Translations under genes and position numbers: made by a program | In this document: in pieces, positions 28,141-40,004 of the stretch | How the letters are laid out: each line of letters begins with the position of its first letter | How positions within the stretch are numbered: the stretch's first letter is position 1 | The notes under the pieces: model-generated | The model's database searches: none | The model's input: the letters and a program-made list of their open reading frames with translations, nothing else | What the model was told of the DNA's origin: nothing | Origin: the human T2T-CHM13v2.0 reference genome, Homo sapiens | DNA: 64,000 bases | NCBI RefSeq assembly: GCF_009914755.1 | Contig: NC_060937.1 | Direction: 5' to 3' (one strand)

Positions 28141-28732
28141 TACAGGGGCCAAGGGAAAGTTTTTCCTTAACACTCTGAAAGTTCACTGAAGAATCAACTG
28201 ACAAAAGGCAGATTAATGGAGAAAAGACGCAAAATTTATTAATGTGAACATAAGTGAGAACCACAGAGTGATTCCCCCAACTTCCCAATGCGGTACAGAA
28301 ACTTATATGCCATTTTTGGAGCTACACAAAGGATGAGGATTCAGAGCATGGTCACAAGTAGGTTATGGTGGTTAAAGCGGGTTATGGTGGCGAGACAGGT
28401 AATGGGAGGGAGAGCAAAGGAGGCCTGGCTAATAAAGGTGATTTGTTATTTAAATGAACCTCACAGGTAGCAGCCCTCAAGAGAACAGATGGTAAATGTG
28501 TCTTTCAGACCTTCAGAGGTGTCAGACTCAGTTAATCCTTCCTGAATCAGACAAGGAAAGACCTTCAGAGAAATTCTAGCTACATCAAATGCAAATATTC
28601 TCTTACAAATGCTTATCTCCCCCACAAAAGACAGTTCTGCATGACTACTTCTGTTTTCTGCCTATCTGAAAACCCATCTCAAAATATGTCAAAGAAGTAT
28701 ATATTGTGGGGTAAATTATTTTAATTTCCTTA
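28141..28732 (-). mobile_element. MER4-group solo LTR (MER34/LTR29-like)
   Basis: 'ggggccaagggaaag...aatcaactgacaaaaggcagattaat' 3' end; minus-strand start AAGGAAATTAAAATAATTTACCCC...TTTGACATATTTTGAGATGG. Confidence 0.7.
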
Positions 28733-29079
28733 TTGTACATACCTTTTTTTCAATTTTCATTGTCACTCTATTATTACCTTTCTTTAATGATTTTGATATT
28801 TGCTTTTTAACTCCTTTTTGATTGTATTTGACAAATTTTCTTAATTTTGTTACTTCTCTATTTTTAACATTAAAGTTATCCTATGTTTATTTCTTTCTTT
28901 AGTTATTACTTTAATTTATTCTTTTCCTTTTTCATGCATATTTAAAATTTACTTTTAATTTTTGGATTCAATTTCTAATATGTTAAGGTTCATGATTATT
29001 TTCTCATTTATTACTGAAAATATTAATGCTATGATTTTACTTTTTAGTAGAGGATAGCTCTCTTCTGTGTGTTTCATAT

Positions 29080-29420
29080 TGTCAGAGGCATTTGAACCAA
29101 AGAGACTCCATCTTGAGCGAGGGCTAGGAAAAATGAGGCTGGGACTTGCTGGGCTGTATTCCCAGGAGGTAAGTTATTACTAGCCTCTAGATGTTTACAG
29201 CCTAAGGGAACACTGTATCACAGTGGGCTTTGGGTGTAACAGACACCTACCCCTAGTCCCCGCCACGGGGCCGGAGCCCAAAAGCACTTGCACCAGCCTC
29301 TGCACCTGCCCATCTGCATGATCCTACTAAGGGTTTGAGCTGTAGGGTGACCAAGCAGGTGAGCCACACCCCTTGCATATCCTGTGAAGGGAATCAAGGA
29401 ACTCCCCCATTTCAGTAACA
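29080..29420 (+). mobile_element. Chimeric LTR: MER41-like 5' part fused to an LTR9/MER50-like 3' part
   Basis: TGTCAGAGGCATTTGAACCA...ACTCCATCTTG (MER41 start) to ~29215; then 'ggggccggagcccaaaagc...gagccacacccc...ggaactcccccatttca' followed by 'gtaaca'. Confidence 0.65.
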
Positions 29421-29651
29421 TGAATGATAATAGCAGCACAGTTTTTACGTTTTTTCACAGCTTTCTCCATGCTTGGTTATTTAGTTAGTATATTTTTAAA
29501 GGCAAATTATTATATACATTGCTCTGCAATTTTCTTATTTTCCTTAACATGGATATGCCTCTTAAACAATGGATGTAGTTTTAACTCATTCCTTTTAGCA
29601 GATTATAAAATTCCACAGTATGGTTCTAGCACATTTTTTTCTTTTTCAATT

Positions 29652-30055
29652 TGTGATGGTTAATTTCATGTGTCAATTTCACTGGGCCAAGGTATGTCCA
29701 GCTAGCTGGTAAAACATTGCTTCTGGTTGTTTCTAAAAGAGATTAGCATTTGAATTAATGAAATGAGTAATGATTACCCTCACCAAAGCAGGTGGTATCA
29801 TCCAATCTGTTTCATGTCAAAATAAAACAAAAAAAGCTAAGAAGGAAATTCACTCGGTTTGAACTGGGACATCCATTTTCTTATGCCCTCAAACATCTAT
29901 GCTGGTGTTTTCTGGGTCTTTGGACTCAGACTGGAACTTACACCAGGGGCTCTCCTGTACTTCCAGCCTGCTGATTTTCAGACTTCTTGATTCCATAATC
30001 AAGTGAGGCAATTCCCATTTTGTGTGTGTTTGCATGTGTGTGCACATGTGTATAT
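29652..30055 (+). mobile_element. MLT2 (ERVL) LTR, 3' end interrupted
   Basis: TGTGATGGTTAATTTCATGTGTCAA...GAGATTAGCATTTGAAT...GGACTCAGACTGG...CCATAATC. Confidence 0.8.
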
Positions 30056-30625
30056 TGTTGGAGTGGGGGGTCAAGGCCCTCGGCCACTTAAAGATTTGCT
30101 GAAAAATTACTGACATGAGGCAGATTGATTAATAGAAAAAAAGGCACACAAACTTAATGTGTACGCATGGGAGCGTTCAGAATGAAGACCCAACCCCCCT
30201 AAGGAGGTACAAAAGCTTGTATACCATTCCACAAAAGGTGGAAGAGTTTTTCACCTCTGTGGTGAGCTCATGGAAAAATACTGGAGGATGTTGGAGGGGA
30301 GGGTTGGTCATTGTGATTAGAACATTTGTGTTTGTTAATTGTTGCTTACTGACATTAGGCTCCTACCCTCCCCTACAAACCAGGAGATTGGGATGCTATC
30401 TCTTTAGATTATTACATTTAAAACAGATGACCCCCAGGTCCTTCAGAAAGGCATTTCTGGCAAGAGGCTGAGAGAAGATTTATATCTCAAAAGGACAGAG
30501 AAAGAATTTACAGTTGGAAATTTTCTAAAGTAAATGCTCAAATAAAGGGTAGGTCAGGGGCCTACAGTCAGGAAGAATTCTGTCTAAAAGTTTAGTTAAC
30601 TTGATGGGGACTAAGGCCTTTCCTC
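30056..30625 (-). mobile_element. MER67-like LTR (ERV1)
   Basis: Minus strand 'cttcctgactgtaggcccctgacc...gagcatttactttagaaaa...aaggacctggg...gggtaggagcctaa'. Confidence 0.65.
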
Positions 30626-30927
30626 TTATTTCTTAGGAAATCAGGTTCTTTTGGGAGTAAGAGGCGTGCCTTTTGAATTGACCTTCGGGTATTATTTTAA
30701 ATCTGACAGCAACTGTCCCATCACTGCAGAAACCCCAATTTATGACACGTAGAGGGCACTCACTTTTGATTTCCAGAGCTGTTGCATGTTTCTTCCTAGT
30801 TTCATATTGTGACATTCCTTCCAAGGGACATGTGGGAGCATAAGGGTAAGCCAGAGGCACTGTCATTTTCTTTGAGTAGCCATGAATGATATGTTTTAAG
30901 TAATGGTTGGAAATCAATGAGGACAAA

Positions 30928-31020
30928 CCTCTCATTTTATAAATGAGGAAATTAAAACCCAGAGAATGTAAGAAGTAGCTTTCCTGAGATTCTAAAACTA
31001 GTTAAGAAAGTAGCTGGAAA
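30928..31020 (-). mobile_element. MIR fragment
   Basis: 'ctcattttataaatgaggaaattaaaacccagaga'. Confidence 0.65.
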
Positions 31021-31604
31021 GTTAATATCTTCAAAATCTGTATTAGTTTTGAAGAAGTAATAGCTTACTTCTATTGCCACTTTCAGTTAACCTTAAAAAT
31101 TACCTCTTCAACAGATTACTATTTTCTCTTCTTGAACTGTATTCTGATATTTGATTATTTTTAACCAATTGAAATGTTGCTATAAAATAATTCTTATTTA
31201 ATTTTTCTTCTTTTACATAAAGTTAATAATTGAACTCCTTGTTTTGCTATGGACATGCACTTGCTCCTTTTGCCTGAGAACCAGTAGTTATAATAAGTTT
31301 TGAATAATTTGGAAAATGTGTGGCTTAACAAGAAATGTTGTATTTTTATATTATGTAATAATTGTAACATGTTCTTATTAACAGCTCATTTTTTGGATGT
31401 ATTTCAGAGAAGTGCTTTAGTAAAGTGCCATTACTTCTGATAATTTCATGCTCAACATATATTATGACTCAATTACATAAGATTTAGTAAATTATGCTAT
31501 TAAAATAGGTACTTTTAATAGGATAATTTACGTAATTAATTATATTAGGTATGTTACAACATATGACAAGTAGATTCCTAGAGCAGGAAAGAATACTTGA
31601 AAAT

Positions 31605-32486
31605 TATAAATCAAAAATAAAGTTCTAATTCCCCCAGCCAACTGAATGGACCCCTCCTTCTCAGCCAAGGGCATTGCAAAGTTAACCCAAGAAACTAGTT
31701 CAGGCCATTGGTGGGAAGTGGGGGTTAGACATGCCTCGTTATACCCTTGTCCCTTTTGAATTCAGGCACAACTGACCAGCATTAACATTAAAACAGACTT
31801 TAAGACTGACAAAACAGACTCTTTGTAGCAATAAGATATCAACACGACAGCAGGCCCTGAAAGCAATCAAAGTATTTTACCATAATATATATTTATTTGA
31901 CATATTTTGAAATGGCTCTGCAAAGCTGTCTCTTGTGGGGAAAATTTACATTCTGTAGAGAATCCTCTTTCCCTTCCAGGTCTCTTCTCTGATCCAGGAG
32001 AGAATTAACTAAGAGTCTGTCATTTTTTAAAGTCTTGTCTGAAACATTTATAATCTATTCTCTCTGAAGCCTGCTACCTCGAGGCTTTATCTGCATAATA
32101 AGACCCTTCGTCTCCACAACCCCTTATCTGAACCCAGACACTCACTTCTATTGATTCTAGGTTTTTAGATAATTTCTTAACTCTTTCAACAAAATTTCAC
32201 CCAATTGCCCATCAGAAAATCTTTGAATCTACCTATAACCTGAAGACTGACCCTCACACCATCCCCACCCTGCTTCAAGTTACTGTCCTGAACCAATGTA
32301 CACCTTACATGTATCAATTGGTATCTTATGTCTCCCTAAAACATATAAAACCAAGCTGCAATTATACCATTTTGGGCATATATTCTCAGGACCTCCTGGG
32401 GCTGTGTCACTGGCCATTGTCACATATATTTGACTCAGAATAAATCTCTTCAAGTATTTTACAGAATTTGGCTCTTTTCATTGACA
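31605..32486 (+). mobile_element. MER4D-like solo LTR (ERV1)
   Basis: 'tataaatcaaaaataaagttctaa...aactgaatggacccc' to 'gaataaatctcttcaag...ctcttttcattgaca'; perfect TSD aaat/aaat. Confidence 0.85.
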
Positions 32487-32533
32487 AAATATATCTAGAC
32501 TTTATAGGAATGCCAGTAATAATAAGAGTTATC

Positions 32534-34855
32534 TGTGTTAGTCTGTCCTTGCACTGCTGATAAAGGCATACCTGAGACTGGTTAATTTACAAAAGGAAGA
32601 GGTTTAATGGACTTACAGTTCCACATGGCTGGGGAGGCCTCTCAATCATGGCGGAAGGCAAGTAAGAGCAAGTTACATCTTATATGAATGGCAGCAGGCA
32701 AAGAGAGAGCTTGTGCGGGAAACTCCCAGTTTTAAAAACCATGAGATATTGTGAGACTCATTCACTATCATGAGAAAAGCACAGGAAAGACCTGCCCCCC
32801 ATAATTCAATCACCTCCCACTGGGTTCCTACTACAACATGTGGAAATTGTGGGAGTTAACAATTCAAAATGAAATTTGGGTGGGGACACAACCAAACATA
32901 TCATTCCACCCCTGGGCCCTCTCAAATCTCATGTTCTCACATTTCAAAACCAATCATGCCTTCCCAAGAGTCCCCCAAAGCCTTAACTCATTTCAGCATT
33001 AACTCAAAAGTCCACAGTCCAGTTTTTCATCTGTGACCAAGCAAGTCCCTTCTGCCTATGAGCCTGTAAAATCAAAAGCAAGTTAGTCACTTCCTAGATA
33101 CAATGGGGGTACAGGCATTGGATAAATACAGCCATTACAAATGGGAGATATTGGCCAAAACAAATGGGTTACTGGCACCATGCAAGCTCAAAATCAAGTA
33201 GGGAAGTCAAGTCTTAAAGCTCCAAAATTATCTCCTTTGAATCCATGTCTCACATCCAGGTCATGCTGAGGCAAGAGGTGGGTTCTCCTGGTCTTAGGAA
33301 GCTCTGCCCCTGTGGCTTTGCAGGATATAGCTTCCCTCCCATCTGCTTTCATGGGCTGGCATTTAGTGTCTGTGGATTTTCCAGGCGCATGGTGCAAGCT
33401 GTCAATGGATCTACCATTCTGGGGTCTGGAGGACAACGGCCCTCTTCTCACAACTCCAGTAGGTGGTGCTCCAGTAAGGACTGTGTGGGGGCTTCGACCC
33501 CACATTTCGCTTCCTCACTGCCCTAGCAGAGGTTTTCCATGAGGGCCCTGCCCCTGCAGCAAACTTCTGCCTGGGCATCCAGGCATTTCCATACATCCTC
33601 TGAAATCTAGGCAGAGGTTCTCAAACTTCGATTCTTGAATTCTGTGCACCCACAGGCTCAATACCACATGGAAGCTGCCAACGCTTGGGGCTTCCACCCT
33701 TTGAAGCAATGGTCTGAGCTATACCTTGGCCCCTTTTAGTCACAGCTGGAGCAGCTTGGATGCAGGACACAAAGTCCCTAGACAGCACACAACAGAGGGA
33801 ACCTGGGCCCAGTCCAGGAAACCTTTTTTTTTCTCCTAAACCTCTGGGCCTGTGATGGGAGGGGCTGCCTCAAAGGTCTCTGACATGCCCTGAAGACATT
33901 TTCCCCATCGTCTTGGTAATTAACATTTGACTCCTTGTTACTGATGTGAATTTCTGCAGCCAGCTTGAATTTCTCCTCAGAAAATGGGATTTTCTTTCTA
34001 TCCCATTGTCAGGCTGTAATTTTTCCAAACTTTTGTACTCTGTTTCCTTTTTAAAACTGAATGCTTTTAACAGCACCCAAGTCACATCTTGAATGCTTGC
34101 TGCTTAGAAATTTCTTCTGGCAGATATCCTAAATCATCCCTCTCAACTTCAAAGTTCCACAAATCTCTAGGGCAAGGGCAAAATGCCACCAGTCTCTTTG
34201 CTAACACTTAACAAGAGTCACCTTTGCTCCAGTTCCCAAAAAGTTCCTCATCTCCATCTGAGACCACCTCAGCCTGGACATTATTGTCCATATCACTATC
34301 AGCATTTTGGGCAAAGCCATTCAACAAGTCTCTAGGAAGTTCCAAACTTTCCCACATATTCCTCTCTTCTTCTAGGCCCTCCAAACTGTTCCAACCTCTG
34401 CCTGTTATCCAGTTCCAAAGTTGCTTCCACATTTTTGGGTATCTTTTCAAGAGTGTCCCACTCTACTGGTACCAATTTACTGTATTAGTCCTTCTCATGC
34501 TGCTGATAAAGACATACCTGAGACTGGGTAATTTATAAAAGAAAGAGGTTTAATGCACTCACAGTTTCACCTTGCTAAGGAGGCCTCACAATCATGGCAG
34601 AAGGCATGGAGGAGCAAGTCACATCTTATGTGGATGGCAGCAGGCAAAGGGAGAGCTTGTGCAGAGAAACTCCCATTTTTGAAACCATCACATCTCTCGT
34701 GAGACTCATCCACTATCACAAGAACAGCACAGGAAAGACTCGCCCCCATAATTCAATCACCTCCCACCGGGTTTCTCCCATGACACAAGGGAACTCTGGG
34801 AGTTATAATTCGTAACTCAAATTACAAAACGTGAGGACACAGCCAAACCATGCCA
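32534..34855 (-). mobile_element. Full-length THE1 MaLR element (LTR 32534-32903, internal 32904-34480, LTR 34481-34855)
   Basis: Two homologous THE1 LTRs flank a ~1.6-kb THE1 internal region; 5-bp TSD ttatc/ctatc; ORF fragments such as 34208-34450 match the decayed MaLR internal ORF. Confidence 0.93.
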
Positions 34856-35891
34856 CTATCCTTGGAATTTTTTTTTAATAAAAACAATCTCTATAAATAA
34901 CAGTTTCAGAATATATATTTATTTAAAGAAAATTTTAGCCTTTTTTTGTTATATTGTAGAAAAACAAAGAGCTTGGGAAGAACCACAAGCTCCTTGAATT
35001 ACTATAGCCTTTTTGAATTCTTCTGTAGCCTTGCCTTCAATTTGTGGTATGTTGTGAAATGGCAATTTGGTATTATTGACACCCAGATTTTATAAGAGAT
35101 TAGATCCCTGAACTCATGCATGTTAACATTATCATTATTTTTGCCATATGTTTAATAGGATAAATATTAACTCCACTATACAAAGTGTTAAACATGTCTC
35201 AGATTGAAAAAATAAGATGGACTGGACTATTCATTTTCATCTAAGAAAATCTTATCCTGGATTAGCTCTTAGATAGCATGTTGTACAGAATTTAATTTTA
35301 TATGGGGGTTTCATATCACCAATAAACTATGAAAGATATTAGACTCGAAGAGAATGAGACATATTTCATGTCAAAAATAAATTGGTATTGATTTTCAAAC
35401 TTTGCCTGAAATAGAAGAAGGAACAGAAAAGGTTTTCTGTGAAGTAAGCTACACCAGCAAATGCAAGTAAATAAAGATTATTTGGATATTCAAGAGTTTT
35501 AAATGTGATATAAATGGATGTCTTACAAGTATATGTAATGTTAATGTATGTATGTCTTTTTGGAAGTATGCTTGTATATCTTTGTATATGTGTGTATTTC
35601 CCTATTTGTTTATTTTATATATTCTACATTGTTCTTAATGATTTAGGATGTTTTTCAAATTACCATTAGATACGGTTAAATTTTCTCTTACTAACAATTC
35701 AACATCAGGAATGAGTTGAAATTTAATCTTTATTTAGGTCTTTTATTTACATTGATAACTTTGACCTTTATCTTGATTGAATAATTTAAATGAAATCAGT
35801 CTTTTCTTAACAGCTTTTCAATCTGGTAGTAAATTCTTATCATTTTAAATTGCCTCAACATCCATTTTGAGTACACGTTTAACTTTCTCAT

Positions 35892-36700
35892 ACCAGAAGC
35901 AGGGCTTAGCCACCCTTGACACAATTTCTAGTTCTACACCAAACCCAAATGGCACAAGCCTATGGCCTGAGATAAAAACTAGAGCTCTCTCTCCTGCCTA
36001 GCAGACTGTGCTCCTACTTTCCCTCTGCACCAGAGCAACGGTCAGGCAGGCATGGGTCAGCAATGGGTAAGACAAGAGCCATAAGAGTGTTTGCCAATAT
36101 AAACAAGTTCCCCATGTGAGTGAGCCCTGGTCGTGGCTGGGAGAGCTAGGCATTAGGCTGCTGCCAGATAAAAGAAGTATCTTGTTGAGGTAGGAGGTAG
36201 AACTTGATTCTGAAGGCTGGGCTCAACTCCAGACCAGGTTGAAGACTGACTGACATGCCCACCAGCACCATGACAGTTTACCCATTCCCTGTCAATGACC
36301 TGGAAGTTACCACCCTTTTCTAGGAATTTCGGAATAACTTGTACCTTGATGCGCGTGCAATTAAAAGTGGATATATATGTGATTACAGAACTGCCCCTGA
36401 GCTGCTACTCTTGATGCACTGTCTATGGGGTAGCTTGCTCTGCAAGAGCAGTCATGGAGCTGCAACCCTGCCACTTCAAAAAAGCTTTCTTCTACCACCT
36501 GCTTGCCTTTGAATCCCTTCTTGGAGGAAGCCAAGAAATTTCACAGGTGGAGGCTCAAAGTTGGGGCTTCCTTTTCCTGCAACACTGTGAGAGACACACT
36601 GTAAATACTCATGTCCAGCTCCCCTCATTTCCTATTAGGGCAAGGTTGATAATGGCTCTGGTACTAGAACCTCAATTTAGCCAGAGGCTCCCAAGAAAGT
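35892..36700. mobile_element. ERV LTR (LTR18/LTR32-like) split by MER66
   Basis: LTR-like sequence reads through across the 36186-36584 insertion ('aaagaagtatct|gtgagacacactgtaaa'); family and orientation uncertain. Confidence 0.45.
36186..36584 (+). mobile_element. MER66-family solo LTR (ERV1)
   Basis: TGAGGTAGGAGG...CCATGACAGTTTACC...CTATGGGGTAGC...GAAGCCAAGAA...CCTGCAACA; TSD ttgt/ctgt. Confidence 0.75.
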
Positions 36701-36787
36701 CCTATAGCATCAGATAGAAAATAGTAAGCTTATATTATAGAAAGAAATTATTAATATTTGAGCAAAGGATGACTAAAACATGAATAG

Positions 36788-37173
<386 letters not shown>

Positions 37174-37800
37174 AGTTCCATATTTAATTTTTCTTCCTGC
37201 TATACATAGCCCCAAATTATTTGAAAACATTATGTTGATAAAGTAATTTATCTCATATAAAAATGAGGAATATTCCTAGGGAAAGTAGAAAGATTAAAAT
37301 GTAAATTCATATTAAAATGATAAAATGTATTCAATATATTCTATACTTTAAATATATCTAAGTTTTAACATATACTCAAATTGTTTAAAAGAATAAAGCA
37401 TTTTAAGGTTTTAAAAGTTTTTTATATTAAAATATAATACAATTCTCTCTTATAAAAATAATAAAATATTTGTTTCTTTACCTACGAAAACATGTTCATC
37501 TCAACAATGCTTCACATTTTCTTCCCTCTTATAAGACAGTGATCAAAGATGTCTGAAATATTTTTAAATGAATCGTGGTTATTTTGTAATTCATAAATGT
37601 ATATATCTAGCAAAGTGATTTTTATAATAAATGGTTTAGCTTATGGTTTATTGCCTACTAAAATACTTCTAATAATTTTATGGTGGTAGTGGTAATCATG
37701 CAGTGAAAAGTGCCAGTTTGATGGTTTCCACAATCTCTTAAAGAAAAATGCATTAAATAAAATAACATTTTATATTTCTACATTTATAAATAACTACCTA

Positions 37801-38975
37801 AGCAGCCAGAGAGAAAGATCGGGTTACCTAAAGAGGGAAGCCCATCAGAATAACAGCAGATCTCTCTGCAGAAATCCTACAAGTCAGAAGAGAGTGGGGG
37901 CCAATATTCAACATTCTTAAAGAAAAGAATTTTCAACCCAGAATTTCATATCCAGCTAAATTAAGCTTCATAAGGGAAGGAGAAATAAAATCCTTTACTG
38001 ATAAGCAAATGCTGAGAGTTTGTCACCACCAGGCCTGCCTTACAAGAGCTCCTGAAGGAAGCACTAAATATGGAAAGGAAAAACGCTACTAGCCACTGCA
38101 AATAACATACCAGATTGTAAAGACCATCGACACTATGAAGAAACTGCATCAACTATTGGGCAAAATAACCAGCTAGCATCATAATGACAGGATCAAATTT
38201 ACATATAACAATATTAACCTTAAATGTAAAGAGGCTAAATGCCCCAATTCCAAGACATAGATTGGCAAATTGTATAGAGTCCAGACCCATAGGTATGCTA
38301 TATTCAGGAGACCCATCTCACATGCAGAGACACACATAGGCTCAAAATAAAGGAATGGAGGAAGATTTACCAAGCAAATGGAAAGTAAAAAAAAAAAAAC
38401 AGGCGTTGCAATCCTAGTCTCTGATAAAACAGAATTTAAACCAACAAAGATCAAAAGAGTCAAAGAAGTGGATTACATACTGATAAAGAGATCAATGCAA
38501 CAGGAAGAGCTAACTATCCTAAATATATATGCATCCAATACAGGAGCACCCAGATCCATAAAACAAGTTCTTGGAGACCTATAAAGAATCTTAGAATCCC
38601 ACACAATAACAGTGGGAGACTTTAACACCCCACTGTCAATATTAGATAGATCAATGAGACAGAAAAGTAACGAGGATATTCAGGACTTGAACTCAGCTCT
38701 GAACCAAGTGGACGTAATAGACATCTACAGAACTTTCCACCCCAAATCAACAGAATATACATTCTTCTCAGCACCACATTGCACTTATTCTAAAATTGAC
38801 CACATAATTGGAAGCAAAACACTCCTGAGCAAATGCAAGAGAACGGAAATCATAACAAACAATCTCTCAGACCACAGTGCAATCAAATTAGAACTCAGGA
38901 TTAAGAAACTCACTGAAAGCTGCACAATTACATCAAAATGGAACAACCCGCTCCTGGATGACTACTGGGTATAAA
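37801..38975 (+). mobile_element. Internal L1PA fragment (ORF1 3' end, spacer, ORF2 endonuclease), flanked by an 18-bp direct repeat
   Basis: ORF1 tail 'gcagccagagagaaag...aattttcaacccagaatttcatatccagc'; ORF1 stop 38118-38120; ORF2 ATG at 38184; flanks tataaataactacc(t/c)aag. Confidence 0.93.
38184..38974 (+). pseudogene. Disrupted L1 ORF2 APE-type endonuclease domain
   Basis: Translated pieces GVAILVSDK, LNIYASN, GDFNTPLS, YSKIDH and SDHSAIKLE, broken by stops and frameshifts. Confidence 0.9.
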
Positions 38976-39374
38976 TAACTACCCAAGTGAAAATAAGGAA
39001 TAATAAAATAAATTTCACTGTTTATTTTAGCATCTGTTATGTTTAGAATTTAACACTATTTTGCACTTATATTAATTGCCTAATAATTATTTTCATTACA
39101 AAATCATTACAATCTAGAAAATTAACATGAAACTCCAAGCAATTATATTTAATTTTTTTATCTAGTCATCAGCTCTCAGATAGTTTAGTTTGAGGTCATT
39201 CATTTTAGATTATTTTATGTTATTATAACTATCTAAAATATACTTTATATTATATATTTTTCTTATTTAATTCCATATCTTCTTACCAACACAATTTTTA
39301 TTGATTGGCCAACATGAAAAATCATACCATGTAATATAATAACAAGTTCTTTTACTCACATTTATTTTTTAATT

Positions 39375-39480
39375 AAAAATTATTTAGCTAAATAATATTT
39401 AAATTTAAATAATTTAAATTTATTTTAAAGATTTAAAGATTTAAATAATTTTTTAGCTAAATAATTTAGCTAAATAATTT
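39375..39480. repeat. AT-rich palindromic low-complexity tract
   Basis: 18-bp perfect palindrome attatttagctaaataat (39379-39396); tttagctaaataat recurs twice near 39452-39478. Confidence 0.85.
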
Positions 39481-40004
39481 CCTTGCAAGGAAAATAGGAA
39501 AAGCCAGACATTCTTTCATGTTAGATTGTTAGAGACTGTAACAATGTTAATAATAAAACATTTGCTGAGTTGAAGAACATTGATATAAAGTAGCCCAAGC
39601 TCACTTGGCTTATAAAAGTGTAATGGTATTTCATATTCAGATCTCAAGGTACTCTCGAGATTACCTGTTCTGTATATTCTTACTCTTTCCACAGACATAA
39701 ATCTATGATGATATTTTTGTTCTTTAGATTTCCTTAAAATCACTATCTTCCAGAGTAGAAGTTGTCATTCTCAATCCTATTTCTGGAACAAAAAATAAAC
39801 ATAGCTGTGCTCCAAATACATTTCTTTGAAACTATTTTTGATGGTTTTTATTAAATAATTTCCAAATTCCCTCCTTTCTCTTCCAAAATTTATCCTGCTT
39901 GCTTAAAAAAATCTTCTCATCTTCTCTTTCACAAGCAAACCCAGCCTTCAAAACTTTCCTGCTTTTCACAACATCCAAGCATCTTTTTTCCATATCTCAG
40001 ATTA

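Noticed and set aside
38184-38974. Endonuclease motifs suggesting a functional standalone nuclease
   Set aside because: Standard L1 ORF2 endonuclease remnant with stops and frameshifts and no promoter
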